From contig CAXXHB010000003.1 of the NCBI GenBank assembly GCA_963664815.2, positions 384,001-448,000 on the forward strand: 64,000 bases of DNA. Direction: 5' to 3'. The translations under genes and the position numbers were made by a program. The notes beneath the pieces are model-generated. The model made no database searches and was not told where the DNA came from. It was given only the letters and a program-made list of their open reading frames with translations. This DNA is from Spirochaetota bacterium (GTDB lineage Bacteria; Spirochaetota; UBA4802; UBA5550). Below, piece by piece: positions 38,485-48,516 of this stretch (position 1 is its first letter; every line of letters starts with the position of its first letter).

Positions 38485-40098
38485 ATGAATACTGTTTTCC
38501 GGAAATTAATGTTCACTGGTATACTGATTTTTTTTGTTTCAGCAGTACCCGGCTGTATAAAGCATCCACCCGAAAAACATGCTGTAAATATTTCCGGCAA
38601 ATGGAAGATAATTAATGAAGATAATTTGAAATTTTCGAAGTCTGAATATGATGATTCTGATGCTGCTGTTATTGATCTCCCCGGAAACTGGATGAATTTA
38701 ATCCAAAAAAGTGAATCAATGACAACCCTGTTATGGTTGAGAAAAGCAGTTTATATTGATGATTCTTTTTCAAATTCAGAGCTTATACTGGAGTTAGGGA
38801 AGATCAGTGTGGCTGAAGAGGTATATTTTAACGGGTGTTTTATAGGGAGTACAGGTGGCATGCCTAAAGGTAATAAAACTATTGATTACCGCTTTGCCTG
38901 GCAAACTCCCAGATATTATCTGATACCAAAATTTCTAATTAAGTTCAATCAAAAAAATATTATATCAATCCGGGTATTTTCTCATGTAATAAATGGTGTA
39001 ACCGGAAATCTGCAAATCAGTGAAATGTGGAACGAATATCCGTACAGGTTAGGGGATTTAATGCCGGTTATGATTAATTATTTTTCTATAATAATTAATA
39101 TGTTTTTTTTATTTTTGTTCTTCATCCAATATTCCTATGACAGATCGAGATTGCTGTTTTTATATCTGGCTTTAACAGCCATGTCAGATGTTGTTTTAAG
39201 CCTCTGTGTTGTAAATTTTCCTTTCTATATAAGCGGTATGATCCGCTATAAAACGTTATTTATTGCGTATTCCTCCATTAATGTTTTGATGGCGCTGTTT
39301 ATGCAGGAGGTCTTTAATAGAAGATATAAGCATTCAACCTTGATTTTATTATTATTTTACTGCTTAAGCATAACCATTATTATTTTACCACAGACAACAA
39401 GAGTATATATAGGATATACCAGAATAGCAGTAACGATCTTTGCATTTGCATGCCAGGTGTATGCAATTACCGGTTTACTTTTATCAATAATAAAAAATCT
39501 TCATAAATACTGGCTTTTTTTATTTGTAGTACCGGTAGTACTGTCGACATTACGCAATGCCTATTATTTATTAATAATGAATTATGATGCAATATATATA
39601 TCTATATTCCTTCATGTCCCTATAATAATAACGATTTTTATTTTATTTTTATTTTATGATTTTGATTCGCAGAAACGAATTAATGAAACGATATTCCAGT
39701 CAATGAGAAAGAAGGCGCAGAGACTTCAGTATAACCTTTCCAGATCAAAGAAAACAAATGCAAAACTTCAGCCTAATGAAATAATATACAACCTGATCGA
39801 TTACATTGATATGAATTTTACCAAAACGTACAACAGAGCCGAACTGTCGAAGCAGTTTGGATTAAATGAAAACTATATGCTGCAGCTTTTTAAAAAAACA
39901 ACAGGTAAAACAATATCAAATTATATTAATACGAAACGCATTGATAAGTCCATTGAAATGATGGGTGAAAAAGATATTAAAATGATAGATATTGCGTATA
40001 ATATCGGCTTTGAAAATTACAATTTCTTTCACCGGCTCTTTAAACAGAAGACAGGTATGAGTCCGGGGCTTTTCCGGAAAAAATTTATAATTAAATAG
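38485..40098 (+). CDS. Membrane one-component regulator: galactose-binding-like periplasmic domain, 7TM region, AraC HTH
   Basis: Signal/lipobox, LPGNW, WLRK, EVYFNG.FIG; several TM helices; FKKTTG..YIN..RI..IAYNIGFENYNFF.RLFK. Confidence 0.85.
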   Translation: MNTVFRKLMFTGILIFFVSAVPGCIKHPPEKHAVNISGKWKIINEDNLKFSKSEYDDSDAAVIDLPGNWMNLIQKSESMTTLLWLRKAVYIDDSFSNSELILELGKISVAEEVYFNGCFIGSTGGMPKGNKTIDYRFAWQTPRYYLIPKFLIKFNQKNIISIRVFSHVINGVTGNLQISEMWNEYPYRLGDLMPVMINYFSIIINMFFLFLFFIQYSYDRSRLLFLYLALTAMSDVVLSLCVVNFPFYISGMIRYKTLFIAYSSINVLMALFMQEVFNRRYKHSTLILLLFYCLSITIIILPQTTRVYIGYTRIAVTIFAFACQVYAITGLLLSIIKNLHKYWLFLFVVPVVLSTLRNAYYLLIMNYDAIYISIFLHVPIIITIFILFLFYDFDSQKRINETIFQSMRKKAQRLQYNLSRSKKTNAKLQPNEIIYNLIDYIDMNFTKTYNRAELSKQFGLNENYMLQLFKKTTGKTISNYINTKRIDKSIEMMGEKDIKMIDIAYNIGFENYNFFHRLFKQKTGMSPGLFRKKFIIK

Positions 40099-40159
40099 AA
40101 TATTATCTTTTTATCTTTCTCCCTGTTCCGGGAATCGGAGCACTCATGCAGGTTTTGTA

Positions 40160-41179
40160 CTAAAAATACTGTAAATCATTCAATCTGAAATACAGCCTGC
40201 CATGTTTAACGCGAGACTTGACAAACCCGTCCCGCTCCAGCACCTGCATGTGGGAATAAACCTCTGATACCAGGAGATACACCTCAAGAGGAAGCCGTTT
40301 TTTATCGATGTTCGGGAAAAGCTCTCTTCCAATACGATAAACAGTATTTTCGCCATTTTTCAGAATATTGATGATATTTTTCAGTCTCATTTTATATTGT
40401 TCTCTGAACATATCAGTTGTTGTATGCAAATCCATTATCAGCTTTCCGTGAGCCGGGCATGTAATAAGCGGAAAAAGCTGTTCAATTTTTGTGATTGAAT
40501 TATAATATTCTATCTGGCTCAGCCGGCCGGGCATAACTTTCCCCGGTTCGAGCATCACAAACGCGTTTGGTGTTATATGCTCAAGGACATGGTCACCTGC
40601 AAAAAGTATTCTTTCGTTTTTCAGAAAAAGACATATCGAGCCCCTCGTGTGTCCCGGGGTTGAGACGACCGTTGCCTCGTAATCGCCGATTGTAATACTC
40701 TCTCCATCGGATAAAAATCTGTCGACGCTGCATTTCTCGGCCAGAGATTTTATGACAGAATTAACAAGCAGAAGAGAAAGCTTAAATATAAATGGTATCC
40801 CCATAATTCTGAAATACTTAAATAGCTGTCCGGCTGGAACCTCAAATCCGTATTTAATGAGATCGAGATCTTCGGAATTTGCTGCGATATCTGTATGCGA
40901 GCCCGATCCGGTCTGTATTTTTTTTGCGGCTCCAAAATGGTCAACATGTCCATGTGTCAGGATTATCTGCCGTATGTCGGAAAAAGCTACTCCGATTTCC
41001 GATAACGCTTTATCAAGGATATCCGCTGTTTTCAGGGTTCCGGTATCGATTAATGTCACGACTTTCCCCTTTACAAGATATACATTTACAGGTCCCGGTT
41101 TATTCCCGGGAAGAGGTAAAATTATCCGGTAAATATTTTTATAAATTTCCTGTACCCTTGATTTAACAGTTATTTCCAT
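40160..41179 (-). CDS. Metallo-beta-lactamase-fold hydrolase
   Basis: LIDTG, THGHVDHFG, TPGHTRG, AGDHVL, PAHG. Confidence 0.88.
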   Translation of the reverse strand: MEITVKSRVQEIYKNIYRIILPLPGNKPGPVNVYLVKGKVVTLIDTGTLKTADILDKALSEIGVAFSDIRQIILTHGHVDHFGAAKKIQTGSGSHTDIAANSEDLDLIKYGFEVPAGQLFKYFRIMGIPFIFKLSLLLVNSVIKSLAEKCSVDRFLSDGESITIGDYEATVVSTPGHTRGSICLFLKNERILFAGDHVLEHITPNAFVMLEPGKVMPGRLSQIEYYNSITKIEQLFPLITCPAHGKLIMDLHTTTDMFREQYKMRLKNIINILKNGENTVYRIGRELFPNIDKKRLPLEVYLLVSEVYSHMQVLERDGFVKSRVKHGRLYFRLNDLQYF

Positions 41180-41696
41180 AAAACTATTATATAGATACTG
41201 TCAATGATAGTCAATCCACTCATTTATTCCATCTTCAAATTAATGATTATTTATGATTTCCGGGTATTCAACATTAAGTAAAGCATAACTAAAAAATATA
41301 AGTAATTCCATTTGTACTGAAACATGAATCGACGTAGTCATTTATCATTACAACCGCCTTTAATCATTATTTTATTTACAGGTATTGAACGGATTCAAAT
41401 CTGATTTAAAAAAAGACTTGTCGTTGACTTTTTATCAGGTACTGAAAAATGTGATCTATTGATCGTTGGATTTAAAAAGTTGCTTAACTATATACCTGCA
41501 ATATCAGGGGGAATATTAATATTTTATTACCAATTTAGAGATATTAAATCAGTTATTTAAAAAATAAATTAAATTGAGAATGCTTTGCAATTTAAGTAAT
41601 ATGACGGTTTGAGGGAAAATCTCAAGGACATGAGATATCCGGTTTTGCGGATCGGTGATAGCGGCAAAATTCCAGAGAAAAAACAGGAGTTTTACG

Positions 41697-42797
41697 ATGG
41701 AATTGGATTTAACAAATTTTAATCCGGTAATTTTTGGTATTTTTTTTACCAGCGTATATTGCTTTATAGGCAGCATCTTTGTTTATATATATCCAGGATC
41801 AAAATTTCAGGAAATTTTTGCTGTCTTATTCCTTTTTTTTGAGTCTGTATGGCTTGGACTGGGTGGTGTAGCGGCTTTGGAATTTCAAAGTATTTCACCG
41901 GTTTTTCTCTTTAAGCTGAGCCTTCTGGTCTATTTCTTTACCATCCTCAGCATCAGTTTTTATTTTATAATAATTGTTACCCCTGATTTTACATTGAAAC
42001 CCTATCATTATTTAAATATCATCGGACCAATTTTAGCAGTCCTGCTGTTTTTTATCGAGGATTATTCTTCATATACCGGAGATTTTCTATCACTGTATTA
42101 CTTCGGCAGCGACAAGATGCTTCTTCCTGCGATTACATCCCTGACTCTGTTTTTCTATTTTTTCTATATGTTGTACCGTATCATAAAGCTTTATAGGGGG
42201 CATCGCGGTGAATTTTCATCAGTCTGGAGAGCTTTTGTCGTATTTATACTCCTTAATGTGGTTTTAACTGTTTTGTGGATGATTGATAAGATCTTTTCCA
42301 TGAGATACCTCTGGCATCTCTATTTTATAAGCGGTTGTTTCCCTATTATCGGTTCTTATCTTGCAATTAAATATCCGAAATATGTGCACATGCTGGTTGA
42401 AATGTCCAGCCCCAAAAAATATTTGAAAACAAAAATCAGCAATATTGATCCGGACATCGCAATAGAGGAACTTATTACTTTTATGAGCAATGAAAAGCCC
42501 TTTCTGAACAGCGGGATCACTCTGGCGGGACTTGCATCTGAACTCGATTACACTCCACATCAACTCTCCGAACTGCTGAATGTTCACATGCAGAAAAATT
42601 TTTTTTCCTTTATCAATCATTATCGTATAGAGGAGTCAAAGGCAAGAATTCAGTCAGAGCCGGATTCTTTATTAATTAGAATAGCACATGATGTCGGTTT
42701 TCAGTCTGTCGCTTCATTTAACCGCGCATTCAAAAAAGAGACCGGTGAATCTCCTTCCGGTTATAAAAAACGAATCAGTTATTTTCCTCCCGATTAA
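41697..42797 (+). CDS. Membrane-bound AraC-family regulator
   Basis: N-terminal TM helices; ITLAGLA..HQLSELLN..FINHYRIEE..IAHDVGFQSVASFNRAFKK; ATG 41697 after AGGAG. Confidence 0.87.
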   Translation: MELDLTNFNPVIFGIFFTSVYCFIGSIFVYIYPGSKFQEIFAVLFLFFESVWLGLGGVAALEFQSISPVFLFKLSLLVYFFTILSISFYFIIIVTPDFTLKPYHYLNIIGPILAVLLFFIEDYSSYTGDFLSLYYFGSDKMLLPAITSLTLFFYFFYMLYRIIKLYRGHRGEFSSVWRAFVVFILLNVVLTVLWMIDKIFSMRYLWHLYFISGCFPIIGSYLAIKYPKYVHMLVEMSSPKKYLKTKISNIDPDIAIEELITFMSNEKPFLNSGITLAGLASELDYTPHQLSELLNVHMQKNFFSFINHYRIEESKARIQSEPDSLLIRIAHDVGFQSVASFNRAFKKETGESPSGYKKRISYFPPD

Positions 42798-42969
42798 GTC
42801 TTTTCCTTCGAACTTCTGATAAAAAAACTGCTCAGATTATAACCTGAGTAGCGTCTTAAAAAAAAATAGAATAAACTAAATGGATTTGTAAAAAAAGCCC
42901 TGCTTTTTCCCTTAAGACTTTTTTCTTTAAGAGTCTTTAAGACACTGATGGGAATAGCCGGAAACTCCA

Positions 42970-43007
42970 ATTCCTGTTATTACAGTCAGGAGAGTAATAA
43001 CAGGAAT
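42970..43007. repeat. 14-bp perfect inverted repeat in the lipoprotein operon leader
   Basis: ATTCCTGTTATTAC-10nt-GTAATAACAGGAAT. Confidence 0.7.
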
Positions 43008-43120
43008 AATTTGCGGGTCAATAAAGGACTCTCTGTAGTGAAGTCTCAATGAAACATACAGGGTAAGCGCAATTTTAATATATTATTTCAAAAAATTTTT
43101 TAAAGAGGGTGAGGTAAAAA

Positions 43121-44122
43121 ATGTTTTCAGGCAGGGATGTTTTACCACGGGTAGTTTTATTAAAAAGGAAGGAGTATACAAATAGAAAAGTATTCGTTTC
43201 CGTTCTTCTTACTGTTTTTATGCTTACAGCTTTATTGTCATGTGGCAGCGGATCATCCGGCGACAGCAATAATAACGGCAATAATAAAACAGTTACAATT
43301 TATACTTCGGGGATTGGTGCTGACAATTATGCCTGCTACTGGAAAGGGACAACAAAAACATCTTTGTCTACTTCTTTATCAGGTTCCATAGCCAAGACTA
43401 TCTATGTGGATAGTAGCGGCACGGTCTATACAGGAGGGGCTCCAACTGTGTTTACTGCAGGTTACTGGATAGGAACAACCTTTACTAGTCTGGGGGGAGA
43501 CGGAGGTGGTGTAGGAATATATGTAAGTAGCGACGGTACAGTTTATACAGGGGGACATTATAATTATAAAACCTGCTATTGGACCAATTCAGCAATAACT
43601 TATGTGGCGAATGGGGGGTATACATGTGCAATTTATGTAAGTAACGGTACAGTTTATAATGCAGGGATAAATCCCTCTTCAGTAGCCTGCTACTGGGCAG
43701 GAACAACTGAAACGCTGCTGACCTCATCAGGAGGGTATGCATATACAATCTATGTGAGCGATACAGGGACAGTCTATACTGCAGGCTATGACGGAAGCAG
43801 TATCGCCTGTTACTGGACAGGGACAACTAAAACGCAGCTTACAACCTCGGGCGGATGTGTCTATTCAATTTATGCGGGTGATGACGGAACAGTCTACACA
43901 GCCGGAAAAGACGGAAGCGGTTATGCCTGCTACTGGGTAGGTACAACGAAGACACAACTTGCATCAGGAGGGGAGGCAAGATCAATCTACGTGGACAGTG
44001 ACGGAGTTATCTATACTTCCGGGAAGGACGAAAGTAATTATGCCTGCTACTGGGTAGGTACAACGAAGACACAACTTGCAACAGGTGGAGAGGCTTATTC
44101 TATATATATTGATGAGGAATAA
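43121..44122 (+). CDS. Lipoprotein with ~39-aa beta-propeller-like repeats
   Basis: LLSC lipobox; about 7 repeats of IYV..GTVYT.G...ACYW.GT.KT.L..GG; identical 43-bp segment at 43921 and 44038. Confidence 0.8.
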   Translation: MFSGRDVLPRVVLLKRKEYTNRKVFVSVLLTVFMLTALLSCGSGSSGDSNNNGNNKTVTIYTSGIGADNYACYWKGTTKTSLSTSLSGSIAKTIYVDSSGTVYTGGAPTVFTAGYWIGTTFTSLGGDGGGVGIYVSSDGTVYTGGHYNYKTCYWTNSAITYVANGGYTCAIYVSNGTVYNAGINPSSVACYWAGTTETLLTSSGGYAYTIYVSDTGTVYTAGYDGSSIACYWTGTTKTQLTTSGGCVYSIYAGDDGTVYTAGKDGSGYACYWVGTTKTQLASGGEARSIYVDSDGVIYTSGKDESNYACYWVGTTKTQLATGGEAYSIYIDEE

Positions 44123-44278
44123 TTACAGTTTAACCCGACCGTCACCAGGAAAAGATTAAACTTAATTACAATCAAACACTGATTTTATGAAATCACTCAG
44201 GAAAGTCTGTAACATACAGAGTAAGCGCAATTTTAATACATTATTTCAAAGACAGATTTAAAGAGGAGAAGGTAAAAG

Positions 44279-44740
44279 ATGTTATCAAAGATGATTAAAC
44301 TAAATCGGATTTATGTTTTAATGTTCTGTTTTTTATTTGGATTAGCCGGATGTGGAGGGGACAGCAGCAGTAACGATCCAACCAGTACAAGTATCAGCCC
44401 ATGGACAAAGCTCCTTGGCGTCGCAGGTAAAGAAACGTATGGATATGGAATCGCTGCAGATACCAGCGGTAACAGCTATGTCACCGGATATACAATGGGA
44501 GCTCTTGACGGACAGACATTAACAGGGGACTCGGATGTATTTGTGGTCAAGTATGATAGTTCAGGTGTGAAGCAATGGACAGATCTCCTTGGCGTCGCAA
44601 ATCAAACAACAATAGGGAATGGAATCGCTGTAGATACCAGCGGAGTTACCTATGTCACTGGATATACAACTGGAGCACTTGACGGGCAGACATTAACAGG
44701 GGTTACTGATGTATTTGTTACAACGGTTTTGAGCGATTGA
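44279..44740 (+). CDS. SBBP-repeat (beta-propeller) lipoprotein, only two repeats
   Basis: LAGC lipobox; WT.LLGVA..GIA.DTSG..YVTGYT.GALDGQ twice, 174-bp DNA period (44401/44575). Confidence 0.8.
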   Translation: MLSKMIKLNRIYVLMFCFLFGLAGCGGDSSSNDPTSTSISPWTKLLGVAGKETYGYGIAADTSGNSYVTGYTMGALDGQTLTGDSDVFVVKYDSSGVKQWTDLLGVANQTTIGNGIAVDTSGVTYVTGYTTGALDGQTLTGVTDVFVTTVLSD

Positions 44741-44778
44741 TTTTGTGCTGATTAAATAATATAAATTATGTAATATTC

Positions 44779-44807
44779 CAGGGGGCTGCTTAAAAAGGCA
44801 GCCCCTG
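44779..44807. terminator. Terminator hairpin between the SBBP gene and tRNA-Gly
   Basis: GGGGCTGC-ttaaaaag-GCAGCCCC. Confidence 0.6.
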
Positions 44808-44858
44808 ATTATTCGGGTTTAATTGCGTGAAAAAACTTGATTAAATAAGGAACTGATT

Positions 44859-44930
44859 AGCGGGCGATGGGGCTCGAACCCACGACGTCCAGCTTGGGAA
44901 GCTGACATTCTACCACTGAATTACACCCGC
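44859..44930 (-). tRNA. tRNA-Gly (anticodon CCC)
   Basis: Minus strand GCGGGTGTAATTCAGTGGTAGAATGTCAGCTTCCCAAGCTGGACGTCGTGGGTTCGAGCCCCATCGCCCGCT folds as a cloverleaf; CCA not encoded. Confidence 0.95.
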
Positions 44931-45163
44931 GAATAATTAAAAAATACAGCTTTTTATATATGTATTTTATGGCAGATGATTGTCAATAAAATATTTTTAT
45001 TTGATATAAAATTTAGGGCAGGGCAGTGATAAAAAGTCATGTGAAAACAGATGAAAATTTATGTCGTACTTTTTCTGTTATGCGCAAAATACGATCATCC
45101 GGAATGAAACGGCAGGAAAAGAGAGATGCATCTCAGGTTGTATTTTAAGTTTATATAGATTTT

Positions 45164-45209
45164 ATCTGAAATAAAAAAGAGAGGTAACCCTCTCTTTTTT
45201 ATTTCAGAT
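45164..45209 (-). terminator. Long palindromic terminator after the FecR lipoprotein gene
   Basis: 21-bp perfect stem ATCTGAAATAAAAAAGAGAGG-taac-CCTCTCTTTTTTATTTCAGAT. Confidence 0.75.
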
Positions 45210-45243
45210 GTATGCATAATAATAAATATTAAACCGCAACAGA

Positions 45244-45957
45244 TTATTTCTTGCCCTCGATATCTCCCTTCATCGCTTCTGCTCCAAGCATGGCGGGACC
45301 TTTTATATCTTTAGCATTGATTTCTATTTTTTTCTTTTTATTATCATCTTTATCTTCAGTCACATCTTTTATATCTCTGACCTGAACAGCATTATTCTTT
45401 TCAACAACAGCTTCTTTACCTGCTTCAACCAGGACAAAGGCTGAATCATCAGTGGTAGATTCTTTGACAGCAACTTTCCCTTCAGTACAGCTGATAATGC
45501 TTTTATCTTTATCGACAGTTACATTAAATTCAGTTCCTCTTACTCCGGCAACAGCAGTCGGAGTGTTAACCTTGAATTTTTCATCCTGGCTTAATTTCCT
45601 TGTTACTTTAAACAAAACATGTCCATTTTCAACATTAAATTCAGTAAACTCTTTATTTCCATTCAGACTTCTGGAAAGCTCCGTCATTACTACAGAACTC
45701 TTTTCATTTATTCTTATGGTGCTCCCCTGAAAGGTAATTTCAGCAATAGCTTTAGTACCTGTCTTAAGAACCATTCCCTGAGTAACTTTGTCACCCATAT
45801 TTGCCGGGTTCGTTACTCCATTAGAGACTAATTTAACATCCCCCATTATGAAATTTATAGACCCGTCATTTTGAACAACTGATGCTGCCTGTTTACTGCA
45901 GCCTGCAAAAAGTACAGCAACTGACATCGCGATTATTAAAAAAATTTTCTTTTTCAT
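45244..45957 (-). CDS. FecR-domain lipoprotein (LipL45-like)
   Basis: MKKK..FAGC lipobox, FIMGDV, VNTPTAVAGVRGTEF, EGKVAV; start at ATG 45957 after GGAGG. Confidence 0.82.
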   Translation of the reverse strand: MKKKIFLIIAMSVAVLFAGCSKQAASVVQNDGSINFIMGDVKLVSNGVTNPANMGDKVTQGMVLKTGTKAIAEITFQGSTIRINEKSSVVMTELSRSLNGNKEFTEFNVENGHVLFKVTRKLSQDEKFKVNTPTAVAGVRGTEFNVTVDKDKSIISCTEGKVAVKESTTDDSAFVLVEAGKEAVVEKNNAVQVRDIKDVTEDKDDNKKKKIEINAKDIKGPAMLGAEAMKGDIEGKK

Positions 45958-46126
45958 TTTTCCTCCAATGATTGGTTGTGAATTCTGTGTCTGAAACAGC
46001 AAAAAAACTTACGAGTAACATTTAAAATGTATTAAATATTCTGATAACCCGATAATTCTGTCCATTTTCTCAATTAAAGTGTACTTTCAGAATTAAAGAT
46101 ACTATAGATACTGAATAATTCAGTGT

Positions 46127-47977
46127 CTATATTTTTTTTAAATATTTAAGCACCTTTTTTTTATTATTTAATGCCGATTGATCCTGCGGATTAAACTTCA
46201 ATACTGCATCAAAGTCTGAACAGGCGCCTTTATAATCCATGATTTTCATCTTTTCAAGTCCTCTGTTGATATAGGCATCGGAATAGACAGGATTCAATTC
46301 AATGGCTATATTATAATCGGATATAGCCTCTGTAGAATCATTCAGCTTGGATTTAACCAATCCGCGGTTAAAATAGACCTCGGCATTATCCGGTTTCAGT
46401 TTCACTGAGTTGTTATAATCTTTTAACGCCCCCTGGTAGTCCCTGTTTATTAATTTTATACCAGCCCTGTTGTTATATGCCTCAAAAAAATCAGGCTTTA
46501 ACCGGAGGGTAATATCATAATTTTCAATTGCAGCTTTATAATCCCGGAGTATATAAAAGACATTCCCCCTGTTGTTATAGGCCTGATAAAAGGAAGAATT
46601 CAAATCAATTGCTTTGCTGTAGTCATCCAGTGCTCCCCGGAAATCTTTAAATTTTTCTTTTATTATCCCCCTGTTATAAAAACCCTCTGCATAATCCGGT
46701 TTTATCTTTACAGCTTCATTTAAGTCGGATATTGTCCCGTTATAATCGCCAAGTTCAGCCCTTACAATTCCTCTGTTGTTATATATCTGGGCAATATTAG
46801 GGCTAAGCTCAATGGCTTTATTATAATCAGCCAGAGCGCCGACATTATCCTTTATATTCATTTTTGCTGCGCCTCTTCCATGGTAGGCCAGGGCATAGTC
46901 CGGCTTAAGCTTAATAGCTTTATCAAAATTCGTAATAGCATCCGGATAATTCTGTTCCTTTTTATAGATATTCACACCTTTGGTAAAGTAGATATCTGCT
47001 TCATTTATTACAGGTTTTGCTTTCTGCTCAAGGTTGTTTATTTCCATCTGAACTATCTGCCTGTTATAAATCGCAGATAAATAATTCGGATTGAGTTCAA
47101 TAGCGCGGGTAAAATCTTTAACGGCATCAGTATATTTTTTTAATCTGAAATTTGCCAGCCCCCTGTTGTTAAAAGCTATAGCCATTTCGGGATTAATTCC
47201 TATTGCGCTGCTGTAATCGGAAATAGCTCCATCTATATCTCCAAGTTCAATTCTGGCTATTCCGCGGTTGTTAAAAAAATCCTCATTCCCTGAATTGATA
47301 AGGATGGCTTTATTATAATTTGACAATGCTTCATCAAGCTTTTTTAAATAAACTTTGAGATTTCCTATATTATAATAAGCCTCGCTGTATGAAGGATCAA
47401 TCCTGATTGCAGACTGATAATCCATCATGGCGCCGTTAATATCATTAAGTCTGAATTTTGCGATTGCCCTGTTAAGGTAAGATTTCAGATTATTGGGATT
47501 TAATTCGACCGCCGTATTCAGATCCTCAAGAGCGCCTGTATTGTTTCCGACTAATAATTTTGCAGTTCCTCTGCTGTAGTATAGCTGAAATTCTGATTTA
47601 TCTGATGATATTCCTCTGCTGTAATCTTCAATTGCACCGTTTATATCATTAAGCTCAACTTTTATATTTCCTCTTCTGTAAAAAACATGTGATAATTTTG
47701 GGTTCTTTTCTATAGATTTATCGTAGCATTCCAGAGATTTCGTATATTCCTTATTCAATTCGAAAAGATATCCTTTCGAAAACCATCCATATTCAGAATC
47801 GGGGTTGGTCTCCATAATCCTTTTTCTTAAATAAACTCTGTCTTTAATACTATCACTTTTTAATGATTGTTCATAGAGTTTTGAAGCATGTGATGTCTCT
47901 TCATCTTCTGCTGAAAATAAAACTGTAAATGATAATATGTTAATTAATATAATTGCAGATATTACTGTATTTTTCAT
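46127..47977 (-). CDS. Exported tetratricopeptide-repeat protein
   Basis: Signal peptide plus many 34-aa repeats (AY.NRG..A..DY..AI.L.P). Confidence 0.9.
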   Translation of the reverse strand: MKNTVISAIILINILSFTVLFSAEDEETSHASKLYEQSLKSDSIKDRVYLRKRIMETNPDSEYGWFSKGYLFELNKEYTKSLECYDKSIEKNPKLSHVFYRRGNIKVELNDINGAIEDYSRGISSDKSEFQLYYSRGTAKLLVGNNTGALEDLNTAVELNPNNLKSYLNRAIAKFRLNDINGAMMDYQSAIRIDPSYSEAYYNIGNLKVYLKKLDEALSNYNKAILINSGNEDFFNNRGIARIELGDIDGAISDYSSAIGINPEMAIAFNNRGLANFRLKKYTDAVKDFTRAIELNPNYLSAIYNRQIVQMEINNLEQKAKPVINEADIYFTKGVNIYKKEQNYPDAITNFDKAIKLKPDYALAYHGRGAAKMNIKDNVGALADYNKAIELSPNIAQIYNNRGIVRAELGDYNGTISDLNEAVKIKPDYAEGFYNRGIIKEKFKDFRGALDDYSKAIDLNSSFYQAYNNRGNVFYILRDYKAAIENYDITLRLKPDFFEAYNNRAGIKLINRDYQGALKDYNNSVKLKPDNAEVYFNRGLVKSKLNDSTEAISDYNIAIELNPVYSDAYINRGLEKMKIMDYKGACSDFDAVLKFNPQDQSALNNKKKVLKYLKKI

Positions 47978-48516
47978 AAAAACTTCACCTCCACTGATGA
48001 ATTTGCAATCCGGAAAAACAGTAAAAAATTCATCAGGACATACTGCTTGTTATAAAATATATCGTCTTTTTCTTCTGCCGAGTTAATAGAAATATTGTAT
48101 GCAAAATTTAGTGCCCTGTATGATTATCTGTTTTACTTTCTAGTCAATACTCTTGATTTTACAACTCAACACATCGAATTTTACAACGGTCTGAATCCAG
48201 ACTATTAATATTATTTATAAGAAACAGTAATTCAGATACAGGTATAATTGTAAATCATATTAAAAGATAATTTTACGATTCTTTTTCCATCTTCTTAAAA
48301 TCTGTTTGGCTGTTGGATTATAATTACACTTGCAGAAAAAGTGAAAATATATGTTAATTTCTTAACATATATTTTAGTTTATTAAAGTTTATAAATTGCT
48401 GTTGGAAAGTATTTATTAATTATCGGTTAACAATTGATTGATATTTTTTTCATATCTCATATGAGAGTTATAATTATTACAGTTAATAATGGAATTATTA
48501 CGATAATATATTAAAT

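Noticed and set aside
43400-44740. CRISPR array or diversity-generating-retroelement repeats
   Set aside because: Repeats are in-frame protein repeats (117- and 174-bp periods) with no unique spacers, no cas or reverse-transcriptase gene and no adenine-specific mismatch pattern
1-44930. Genomic island or prophage integrated at tRNA-Gly
   Set aside because: Accessory genes do lie off the tRNA 3' end, but I saw no integrase, transposase, phage gene or duplicated tRNA 3' end (att site) in the window
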